In this document: piece after piece, positions 19,023-27,130 of the stretch
How positions within the stretch are numbered: the first letter of the stretch is position 1
Layout: each line of letters begins with the position of its first letter
Assembly (NCBI GenBank): GCA_044373565.1
Contig: JBILPX010000001.1
Coordinates: 1 to 34,263, forward strand
Source of the DNA: Roseomonas sp.
GTDB lineage: Bacteria; Pseudomonadota; Alphaproteobacteria; Acetobacterales; Acetobacteraceae
Direction of reading: 5' to 3'
DNA length: 34,263 nt
Position numbers and translations under genes: made by a program
Notes under the pieces: generated by a model
Seen by the model: the letters and a program-made list of their open reading frames with translations, nothing else
Databases searched by the model: none
Told to the model about the DNA's origin: nothing

Positions 19023-20000
19023 TTAGCCTTCCAGCTTCACATTCCCCGCGCGTGCCACTTCTCGCCATTTCGCCACTTCAGCGCGGACGAATTGGCCGAA
19101 TTGATCTGGCGTCAGCGGGTCTGCCACCGCGCCCATATCCTCGATCCTTTTAGTGACCGTGGGATCGCGCAGCACGGCAACAACATCGGCATTGATGCGA
19201 TTGATGATTTCGGGCGGCGTGCCCGTGGGTGCGACCAGCCCAGACCAGCCAGCGGCCTCATAGCCAGGCACCAGGCTTTCCGCGATGGTTGGCACATCAG
19301 GCAATTGCGGCACGCGCCGCGCGCTGCACAGCGCAATCGGGCGCACGCGGCCGGATTGGATATGCGGCAGGGCGGAGGCGACTGAATCCGTCATTAGCTT
19401 CACATTGCCGGCGATAACATCGGCAATGGCCGGGCCGCTGCCGCGATAATGCACTATATTGAAGCGAATGCCGGCGCGCAGCATCAGCAATTCGGCGGCC
19501 ATATGCTGGCTGGTGGCGGGTCCCGCAGAAGCCATATCCAATTGCCCAGGGCGCGCCTTGGCACTGGCGGCCAATTCCTGAATGGTGCGTTCGGGAACGG
19601 AGGGATGCGCAATCACCAATAACGGCACCATCACGATATTGCTGATGAACGCGAAATCCTTCTCAACATCATACGGCAGGCGCTGAATGACGGAAGGGTT
19701 CACGCCAAGCGGGCCGGATGTGCCGGTGAGCAAAGTATAGCCATCGGCGGGCGCGCGCGCGACGGATTCAACGCCAGGAACAGACGCTCCCCCCGCACGA
19801 TTTTCTACCACCACGCGCTGCGGCCAGCGCTTGGAAAGTTCATCTGCGATGATGCGGGTGAAAATGTCGGCGGCCTGGCCGGGCGGGAAGGGCACCACAA
19901 TGCGCACCGGGCGATTAGGCCAATCGGATTGCGCGTGGGCAGCAAAAGGTGTGAGTGCTGCAGCGCCCATCATGGCGCGACGGCTGAGCTTCATGGTCAT
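19023..20000 (-). CDS. Tripartite tricarboxylate transporter substrate-binding protein (Bug/TctC), Tat signal
   Basis: SRRAMM signal, WPNRPVRIVVPFPPG, VVENRAG, APADGYTLL, PDVPTIAE. GGAGG SD before ATG 20000. Confidence 0.9.
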   Translation of the reverse strand: MTMKLSRRAMMGAAALTPFAAHAQSDWPNRPVRIVVPFPPGQAADIFTRIIADELSKRWPQRVVVENRAGGASVPGVESVARAPADGYTLLTGTSGPLGVNPSVIQRLPYDVEKDFAFISNIVMVPLLVIAHPSVPERTIQELAASAKARPGQLDMASAGPATSQHMAAELLMLRAGIRFNIVHYRGSGPAIADVIAGNVKLMTDSVASALPHIQSGRVRPIALCSARRVPQLPDVPTIAESLVPGYEAAGWSGLVAPTGTPPEIINRINADVVAVLRDPTVTKRIEDMGAVADPLTPDQFGQFVRAEVAKWREVARAGNVKLEG

Positions 20001-20066
20001 GACATTCCTCCCGTTGTTAATTTTTTCAAAGCTTAACCACAGCCGGGCTGCGCCCTGCAAGGTTTC

Positions 20067-21233
20067 TCAATAGGTATCAAGGCCCATAATGCCATCCACA
20101 CCGCCGGCATCCGCCAGAATGTGCTTGCCGATCAGATCACGCAGCGATTCCGAAGACCCACCACCAAGCGAGCCATACCGCGCGCCACGATAAAGCCGGG
20201 AGACCGGAAATTCATCGGTGAAGCCATAGCCGCCATGCACTTGCACCGCCTCACTGGTCACACGCTGCGACATTTCATTGCAGAACACCTTAGCGGTTGC
20301 CGCCATGAAGGGATCCGGGAAGGGATTGGCGGTGAGGCAGGCGCGGTAGAGCAAACCACGTCCCGCTTCGATATCCTTGAACATATCAGCGAATTTCCAG
20401 CGAATGCCTTGGAAATCCGCGATGGATTTATCGAATAGCTTGCGGTCATTCACGTAGCGCACCGCCTCATCAAAGGCGCCTTCCGCCAGCCCTAGGGAAA
20501 TGCTGGGGTTGAGGCAGCGCTGCGTATTGAAGGCGGTCAGCAATTTCTTGAAGCCATCCGTTTCGATCACCAGGTTTTCGGGCGGCAATTCGCAATCATT
20601 GAATTGAACTTCGTGCAGATTTTCACCCCCCATGGTGTGGTAGGTGCCAGTGACAGAAAGGCCCGGCGTGCCCTTTTCCACCAGAACGCAGCCGATCCCT
20701 TCGCGCCCCGCCTTGCCATCCACGCGGGTGAAGACCACGAACATGCCGGCTTCCTCGGCGCGAGAAATCAAGGTTTTCGTGCCGTTCAGCACCAGATGAT
20801 TGCCATGGCGCTTGGTATTGGTGCGGTAATTGGCAACATCCGTGCCCGCATGCGGTTCCGTCATGCAAATGGCCAGGATGCAATCGCCGGAAATCACGCG
20901 GGGCAGGATGCGTTCCTTGATGGCCTTCGGTGCGTAATGGGAAATGACGCGGGTTTGCACGCCGGCTTCACCCAGTACCGCCATGGCGGTCACGTAATCC
21001 ACCTTGGCGATTTCTTCGAGGATCAAAGCGGAATCAAGAATGGAAAGACCAAGACCGCCATATTCTTCCGGCACGGACATGCCAAGTACGCCAAGCGCGG
21101 CGAGCTTCTTGATATTCGGCCAGGGAAAGGTGCCATCCATCCATTTCGGCGCATCCTGCTTGAATTCTTTTTGCGCCAACTCCCTGACAGCGGCGATCAT
21201 TTCCCGCTGTTCAGTGCCGATTTTGAATTCCAT
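20067..21233 (-). CDS. Acyl-CoA dehydrogenase-family flavoprotein lacking both canonical catalytic glutamates
   Basis: PEEYGGLG, CMTEPHAGTD, LNGTK, FQGIRWKFADM, QVHGGYG. Gln (FNTQR) and Gly (SLGGGS) occupy the two catalytic Glu positions. Confidence 0.88.
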   Translation of the reverse strand: MEFKIGTEQREMIAAVRELAQKEFKQDAPKWMDGTFPWPNIKKLAALGVLGMSVPEEYGGLGLSILDSALILEEIAKVDYVTAMAVLGEAGVQTRVISHYAPKAIKERILPRVISGDCILAICMTEPHAGTDVANYRTNTKRHGNHLVLNGTKTLISRAEEAGMFVVFTRVDGKAGREGIGCVLVEKGTPGLSVTGTYHTMGGENLHEVQFNDCELPPENLVIETDGFKKLLTAFNTQRCLNPSISLGLAEGAFDEAVRYVNDRKLFDKSIADFQGIRWKFADMFKDIEAGRGLLYRACLTANPFPDPFMAATAKVFCNEMSQRVTSEAVQVHGGYGFTDEFPVSRLYRGARYGSLGGGSSESLRDLIGKHILADAGGVDGIMGLDTY

Positions 21234-21264
21234 TATCGTCTTCCGATTGTTCGATGATTTATTT

Positions 21265-22041
21265 TCAACCCGCTTCGCCCTTCAGCGTATCCAAGGCACC
21301 CTTGAGGGCGGATTGGAGAACGCTGGCATCAGACCCGTAGCACAGGCAGCTAAACCCCTTGGCGCGCCAACCACGCACCATTTCCATCCCTGCGCCCAAT
21401 ACGCCGGCAGGCTTGCCCGCAGCGTCGCAGGCTTTCAGGAAGCGTGAGAGCGCGGCTTGGAAAACCGGGTGATCGAATTGCGCAGTAATGCCGAGTGAAT
21501 CGCTCAAATCATAATGACCGAACCAGCCCAGATCCACGCCGGGCACGGCCATGATCGCTTCAACATTTTCAATCCCCTTGGCGGTTTCGATCAGGGGAAT
21601 GACCATAACGCGGTCGTTTTCGGCCTTCATGCCGGCGATCACATCCTGGCCCTTATAGTCATCATGCGCATAGCCGAAGCCAACGCCGCGTCGGCCTTCA
21701 GGGCGATAGCGGCACCAGGCGGCCAATTCTTCCGCCTGGGCGCGGGTTTCCACCATGGGTTCCATGATGCCCATGGCGCCGGCATCAAGAATGGGCGCGA
21801 TCAGATGATAGTGATGACCGGTCACGCGCACCAAGGGCACTACGCCAACATTGCGCGCAAAAGTGCATTGGGCCTTGATCGCATCAATCCCCATGCCGCC
21901 ATGTTCCATATCGAAAATGACGTATTCAGCACCGGCATTCGCCAGAATTTGACAAAGCCCGGGTGTCAGAAACTCCGTTGCCATGATGCCATACGCCATC
22001 TGACGGTTGCGTAGCGCGATGCGAACGGGGTTCTGGCGCAT
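21265..22041 (-). CDS. HpcH/HpaI class II pyruvate aldolase family protein
   Basis: DMEHG, LVRV, LDAGAMGIMEPMVET, RYRPEGRRG, LIET, GxxDLS. Confidence 0.88.
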   Translation of the reverse strand: MRQNPVRIALRNRQMAYGIMATEFLTPGLCQILANAGAEYVIFDMEHGGMGIDAIKAQCTFARNVGVVPLVRVTGHHYHLIAPILDAGAMGIMEPMVETRAQAEELAAWCRYRPEGRRGVGFGYAHDDYKGQDVIAGMKAENDRVMVIPLIETAKGIENVEAIMAVPGVDLGWFGHYDLSDSLGITAQFDHPVFQAALSRFLKACDAAGKPAGVLGAGMEMVRGWRAKGFSCLCYGSDASVLQSALKGALDTLKGEAG

Positions 22042-22044
22042 GGT

Positions 22045-23691
22045 TCAGCTCAGCTTCATGCCGGCATAGCCCTGCGCGGCAACCGCATCACATTTTTCGC
22101 GATAGGCCGGCGCGCCGCCTTGATATTGCAGAATGCGTCGCTGATCGCGCCCTTCGACATTACGGTTGATGCCCGTCGCCCAGGAATCGATCTGGGCATA
22201 AAGCATACCTTCGGCCAGGGTTTCGATATGGTGTGACCATTCGGCTTCCGCGGCTTCGGTCGCTTCAAAGCGGCTGATGCCCTTGTCGCGCACATGGCGC
22301 ATCAAATCCGTCACCCATTCCACATTCTGTTCAATGCAGCGCGGGATATTGCAGCGCGTTGAGGCATTATGCGGCCCAACAATGGTCAGCATATTGGGGA
22401 ACCCTGCCGATTGCAGGCCAAGATAGGTTTTCGGCCCATCCGACCATTTATCCTTGAGAAGTTGGCCACCAATGCCCCTGAAATCAATCCGATCAAAAGC
22501 GCCGGTAATGGCGTCAAAGCCCGTGGCGTAGATGATCATGTCGAATTCATATTCGGCATCGCTGGTCTTGATGCCCTTTGGCGTAATGCACTCGATCGGC
22601 GTTTCGTTGATATCCACCAGCCGGACATTGTCGCGATTATAGGCTTCAAAGTAGCGGGTTTCGAGCGGGACGCGGCGCGTACCAAAACCGTGATTTTTCG
22701 GGATCAATTTATCGGCAACCGCCGGGTCCTTCACCCGCTGGCGGATTTTGCGCGCGATGAAATCGCTGATCAGCGCATTGGCCTTGGGGTCGGTCAGAAT
22801 ATCACGGTAATTCGCCTGCCAAATGCCAAAGCCTGGTTCGGCGTAGCGCTGCTCCCAAAAGGCTTCGCGTTCTTCTGGCGTGACTTCAAACACGCTGCGC
22901 GGATCGGCATTGTGGATATAGCAGCCAGGCGTGGTGCGCAGCAGTGCGAAAAGCGCTGGGTAATTGCCCTTGATCTGGCGCTGTTCTTCTTCCGTGATTG
23001 GGCGGTTATGCAAAGGCGCGCACCAATTGGGTGTGCGCTGAAAGACGGTCAGTGAGCCAACCTCAGAAGCAATGGTCTGGATCACCTGAACGCCGGTCGC
23101 CCCCGTACCAATCACGGCCACGCGCTTGCCCGCGAAGCTGACAGGCTCATGCGGCCAGCGATAGGTATGGAAGGATTGGCCAGAAAAACTTTCAACGCCC
23201 GGGATGCGCGGCAGCGTATCAGCGGAAAGCGGGCCAAGGGCGGTGATCAGGAAGCGGCAGTTATGCTCTGCGCCCGTATCCAGCGTCACAGTCCAGCGCT
23301 GCGCGGCTTCATTGAAATGCGCGCTCACGACGCGGCTATTGAATTGAATATGGCGGCGCAGATCGAATCTGTCTGCTACGTGCTGCAAATAGCGCAGTGT
23401 TTCGGGCTGCGGGGCGAAATGCTCGCTCCAGCTCCATTCCTGCAGCAGTTCATCGGAAAAGGAATAGCCGTAGGTGTAGCTTTCCGAATCAAACCGCGCG
23501 CCTGGGTAGCGGTTCCAATACCAGGTGCCGCCTAGATCGCTGCCGGTCTCGAACACTTGGACGCCATAGCCAAGCTCCCGCAGGCGATAGAGCTGATAGA
23601 GGCCGGAAATGCCGGCGCCGATGATGATGACATCGGGCTCGGTCAAGGCCGTGCCGGAGTTTGCCGGCATGGTCCGCCGCATTTCATTCAT
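22045..23691 (-). CDS. Type I Baeyer-Villiger monooxygenase (CHMO/PAMO-like)
   Basis: GAGISG, GGTWYWNRYPGARFD, BVMO fingerprint FSGQSFHTYRWP, GTGATG, FQRTPNW, FGTRR, ATGFDA. Start ATG 23691, with alternatives at 23682 and 23670. Confidence 0.92.
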   Translation of the reverse strand: MNEMRRTMPANSGTALTEPDVIIIGAGISGLYQLYRLRELGYGVQVFETGSDLGGTWYWNRYPGARFDSESYTYGYSFSDELLQEWSWSEHFAPQPETLRYLQHVADRFDLRRHIQFNSRVVSAHFNEAAQRWTVTLDTGAEHNCRFLITALGPLSADTLPRIPGVESFSGQSFHTYRWPHEPVSFAGKRVAVIGTGATGVQVIQTIASEVGSLTVFQRTPNWCAPLHNRPITEEEQRQIKGNYPALFALLRTTPGCYIHNADPRSVFEVTPEEREAFWEQRYAEPGFGIWQANYRDILTDPKANALISDFIARKIRQRVKDPAVADKLIPKNHGFGTRRVPLETRYFEAYNRDNVRLVDINETPIECITPKGIKTSDAEYEFDMIIYATGFDAITGAFDRIDFRGIGGQLLKDKWSDGPKTYLGLQSAGFPNMLTIVGPHNASTRCNIPRCIEQNVEWVTDLMRHVRDKGISRFEATEAAEAEWSHHIETLAEGMLYAQIDSWATGINRNVEGRDQRRILQYQGGAPAYREKCDAVAAQGYAGMKLS

Positions 23692-23817
23692 CGCATCCAC
23701 CCTTTCCAGCGCGGCAAGGGGACCGCGCCACCTAACAGAAACTCCATGAACCCAGGCCCAGGGCTTGCGCGCTGAACCGGACGGGGGCGAGTATTCCCCC
23801 AAAAGAGGAAACCGCCA

Positions 23818-24930
23818 ATGCCAAGCCGACTTTTTTCGCCCTTCACCCTGCGCGGGCTGACGCTGCCCAACCGCATCATCGTCTCCCCCATGGCGCAGTA
23901 TTCCGGCACCACGGGTAATGAGGCGACGGATTGGCACCTGATGCATTACGGGAATTTTTCGGTCTCCGGCGCCGGCCTGATGTTTTTTGAGGCAACGGCG
24001 GTGGAGCCGCGTGGGCGGGTTGGGCGGTTTGATCTGGGGCTATGGAATGACGCGCAGCAAGACTCCATCGCACGGGTGATGGCGTTTTGCCGCCAGCACG
24101 GCCAGGCGAAAATCGCGATGCAATTGGCCCATTCGGGGCGGAAGGGCTCCACCGCGCAGCCCTGGATGGGTGGCAAATATATCGGGCCGGAGGAGGGCGG
24201 CTTCCACCCGATCAGCCCGGGCGATATCGCCTTCCCCGGCCGGCCGGCGCCGCGCATGCTGGACCATGCGGGGCTGGCTGAGATCAAAGAATTTTTTGTG
24301 CAAGCGACAAGGCGGGCGGATGCGCTCGGCGTTGATTTGATTGAGCTGCATTCGGCGCATGGCTATTTGCTGCATTCTTTCCTGTCGCCGCTGTCGAATA
24401 ATCGAAACGACGAATATGGCGGCGATATTACAGGGCGTATGCGCTTCCCGCTGGAGGTCTTCGCCGCCATGCGCGCCGTCTGGCCTGAGGAAAAGCCGCT
24501 CGGCGTACGCGTTTCCGCAACTGATTGGATCGAAGGTGGCTGGACGCTGCAGGATAGTGTGACATTCGCGCAGGAATTGAAGAAGCTTGGCTGTGATTTC
24601 ATCTGCGCGTCTTCCGGCGGCAGCAGCCCGGATCAGCAGATTGATCTTGGCCCCGGCTATCAAGTGCCAATGGCGCGGCGCATTCGCGAAGATGCCGGAA
24701 TTCCGACCATTGCGGTTGGGCTTATCAATGAACCGGCGCAAGCGGATCAGGCTTTGCGTGATGGCGCCGCGGATTTGATCGCGATTGGCCGCGGCATGAG
24801 CTATAATCCGCGCTGGGCATGGCATGCGGCGGAAGCGCTGCGCGAACAGGCGGCCTTCCCACCGCAATATGCCCGCAGCCACCCCAGCATGCGCTTCGGC
24901 GATTTCACGAAACTGCCCACCACGCGCTGA
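23818..24930 (+). CDS. NADH:flavin oxidoreductase, Old Yellow Enzyme family (YqjM/XenA-like)
   Basis: NRIIVSPMAQY, QLAHSGRK, ELHSAHGYLLH, RNDEYGG, GYQVP, PPQYAR. GAGGA SD. Confidence 0.92.
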   Translation: MPSRLFSPFTLRGLTLPNRIIVSPMAQYSGTTGNEATDWHLMHYGNFSVSGAGLMFFEATAVEPRGRVGRFDLGLWNDAQQDSIARVMAFCRQHGQAKIAMQLAHSGRKGSTAQPWMGGKYIGPEEGGFHPISPGDIAFPGRPAPRMLDHAGLAEIKEFFVQATRRADALGVDLIELHSAHGYLLHSFLSPLSNNRNDEYGGDITGRMRFPLEVFAAMRAVWPEEKPLGVRVSATDWIEGGWTLQDSVTFAQELKKLGCDFICASSGGSSPDQQIDLGPGYQVPMARRIREDAGIPTIAVGLINEPAQADQALRDGAADLIAIGRGMSYNPRWAWHAAEALREQAAFPPQYARSHPSMRFGDFTKLPTTR

Positions 24931-25027
24931 AGCCGCCCCTTGACTGAGGGCGCTTCCGGGCGGAGCCTTTTTCCATGAATAACAGAGCGGGCTGACAAGA
25001 CCTGGCTCAACTCTGATGGGGAACGTC

Positions 25028-25942
25028 ATGAAGCTTGGTTTCATCGGCCTTGGGAATATTGGTGGCGTCATGGCGCGGCGCCTGGTGAAGGCCGGCCATG
25101 CGCTGATGGTGCATGATCTTGATGCGAAGGCGGTCGCGTCGCTCACCGCCATGGGCGCCACGGCCGCGTCCAGCGCGCGTGATGTGGCCGACAAATGCGA
25201 CACCGTGCTGCTCAGCCTGCCGACACCGGCTGCGGTGGAAGCTGTGGCCTTGGGCGCGGATGGGCTGGTGCAAGGCAGCATGGCGAAGATTGTGGTGGAT
25301 CTTTCCACTACAGGCCCAACGGTTGCGCGGCGCGTGGCGGAAGGCCTGGCCGCCAAGGGCATTCATTTGATTGATGGGCCAGTCAGCGGCGGCGTTTCAG
25401 GGGCCGAGGCCGGCACGCTCGCCATCATGACATCTGGTGATGCCGCATCACAAAAGGCGGTGGAGCCGGTGCTGAAGGCGATTGGTCAGAATATCTTTTA
25501 TCTGGGCGCGGAAGCGGGCCTTGGGCAGACCATGAAGCTGGTGAACAATGTCATTCTTGCCAGCAATACATTAGCGTGTTTGGAAGGCATGGTGCTGGGC
25601 GCCAAAGCGGGCCTGGATACCAAGCTGATGTTTGATGTTCTGAATGCCTCTAGCGGGCGTTCCTTCATGTCGGAAAAGCGCGTGCCGCAGGCCATTACGG
25701 AACGCGCGCAGGGTTTCCCAGTGCGCTTCGCCGCGGGGCTGATGCATAAGGATGTAAAGCTGTGCCTGGAAGAAGCCGAACGCTTTGGCGTACCCATGTT
25801 CATGGGGCCGGCCGCGCGGCAATATCTTTCCATGGCTTTGGCCATGGGTTCCGGGCCAGAGGATTTCGTTTCCACCATTCAGCATATGGAAAAACTGGCA
25901 GGCATTGAAGTGCGCGCCACGCCCAAGGAAGCAGGCAAGTAA
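25028..25942 (+). CDS. NAD(P)-dependent beta-hydroxyacid dehydrogenase (3-hydroxyisobutyrate DH / tartronate semialdehyde reductase family)
   Basis: GFIGLGNIG, DGPVSGG, GTLAIM, catalytic MKLVNN, KD motif. Alternative start at 25016. Confidence 0.9.
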   Translation: MKLGFIGLGNIGGVMARRLVKAGHALMVHDLDAKAVASLTAMGATAASSARDVADKCDTVLLSLPTPAAVEAVALGADGLVQGSMAKIVVDLSTTGPTVARRVAEGLAAKGIHLIDGPVSGGVSGAEAGTLAIMTSGDAASQKAVEPVLKAIGQNIFYLGAEAGLGQTMKLVNNVILASNTLACLEGMVLGAKAGLDTKLMFDVLNASSGRSFMSEKRVPQAITERAQGFPVRFAAGLMHKDVKLCLEEAERFGVPMFMGPAARQYLSMALAMGSGPEDFVSTIQHMEKLAGIEVRATPKEAGK

Positions 25943-25977
25943 CGCCGCCAAAAGCATCGCTGCAGGAGGAAGCAAAA

Positions 25978-27048
25978 ATGGAATTCGGCATTCTGATGAC
26001 GAGCCACCCAAACCCGGTGGAAGAACCCTATCCGCATCAGGGCGTCACTGCGCGCACCACTGAGGAAATCCTGCGCGCCGAAGCGCTGGGGTATGATACG
26101 GCCTGGATCGCTGAACATCACTTCAGCACCACTTACGGCATCATGCCCGATTGCTTTGTGTATATGTCCTACCTCGCGGCGCGCACCAGCCGCATAAAGC
26201 TTGCCGCCGGCGTGATCACGCTACCGCTTTATGACCCGATCCGCGTGGTGGAAAATACGGCTTTCGTGGACGTGCTTTCCAATGGCCGTGTGATGCTGGG
26301 CCTGGGCAGTGGTTACCGGCCTTATGAGTTTGAAGGTCTGGGCAAGGATTTTGAAGCGCGGCGCGATATTGTAGAAGAAAGCGTCAAGCTGATTTTTGAT
26401 GGCTTCCACCGCCGGCGTTGGACGCATGACGGCAAATTCTTCAAGGGCAAGGTGGAAGGGCAATATGAAATGCTGCCGGTGCCGGTCCAGCTTCCGCATC
26501 CGCCGCTTTATATGGCGGGCGGGACGGATCGTTCCATCGCCTATGCCGGGCGCAATGGCTTCGGGCTGATGCTGAGCACTCTACCTGGGATTGAAACTCT
26601 TTCCGCGCAAGCCAAGATTTATCGCGAAGCGCTCACCATCGCGCCATCGCCGCAGCGCGATAATCCGGCAGTCGGTCATATTGATATCGCACGTATGGTC
26701 TATGTGGCGGATACCGATGAACAGGCGCGGGCTGATACGGAAGAACACATCCTGCACCATATCGGCAATTTCAACAGCTCTGGCACCAGCGGATACCTTG
26801 GTTCAGTATCTGAGAAAGGCCAGGCGCTGGATTACGGGGTGCTGGCCGAAACCACGCTGCTACATGGCAGCCCAGCGACAGTGATTGCGAAGCTTCGTGC
26901 CCTGCAAGCGCGTACCGGCATGACCAGCCTGCTGCTGCATTACCCGCCCTATTACGGGCATGAGAAAATCCTGCGCAGCCTGACGCTTTTCGCCCAGCAT
27001 GTGATCCCGGCTTTCCGCCCGCCCGCCAGCCGTATGGCCGCGGAATAG
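25978..27048 (+). CDS. Luciferase-like monooxygenase (LLM class flavin-dependent oxidoreductase)
   Basis: MEFGI, AEALGYDTAWIAEHHF, LAARTSRIKL, DVLSNGRVMLGLGSG, PVQLPHPP, FAQHVIPAF. AGGAGG SD. Confidence 0.9.
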   Translation: MEFGILMTSHPNPVEEPYPHQGVTARTTEEILRAEALGYDTAWIAEHHFSTTYGIMPDCFVYMSYLAARTSRIKLAAGVITLPLYDPIRVVENTAFVDVLSNGRVMLGLGSGYRPYEFEGLGKDFEARRDIVEESVKLIFDGFHRRRWTHDGKFFKGKVEGQYEMLPVPVQLPHPPLYMAGGTDRSIAYAGRNGFGLMLSTLPGIETLSAQAKIYREALTIAPSPQRDNPAVGHIDIARMVYVADTDEQARADTEEHILHHIGNFNSSGTSGYLGSVSEKGQALDYGVLAETTLLHGSPATVIAKLRALQARTGMTSLLLHYPPYYGHEKILRSLTLFAQHVIPAFRPPASRMAAE

Positions 27049-27130
27049 GCATGGATTTTAGCCTGCGCCTGGGGTATGAAGCGCACGCCTCAGGGTTCGA
27101 AAAGCCAACAGGGAAAAGAAGGGAAACACC

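Noticed and set aside
23692-23946. N-terminal extension of the BVMO ORF
   Set aside because: It overlaps the OYE start on the opposite strand. The Rossmann motif follows soon after ATG 23691.
24983-25022. Possible TPP or SAM riboswitch (GCTGA...GACC)
   Set aside because: Too short and lacks the remaining conserved elements. Retained only as a generic hairpin.
24040-25362. 440-aa minus-strand ORF
   Set aside because: Shadow of the OYE and beta-HAD genes with no family signature.
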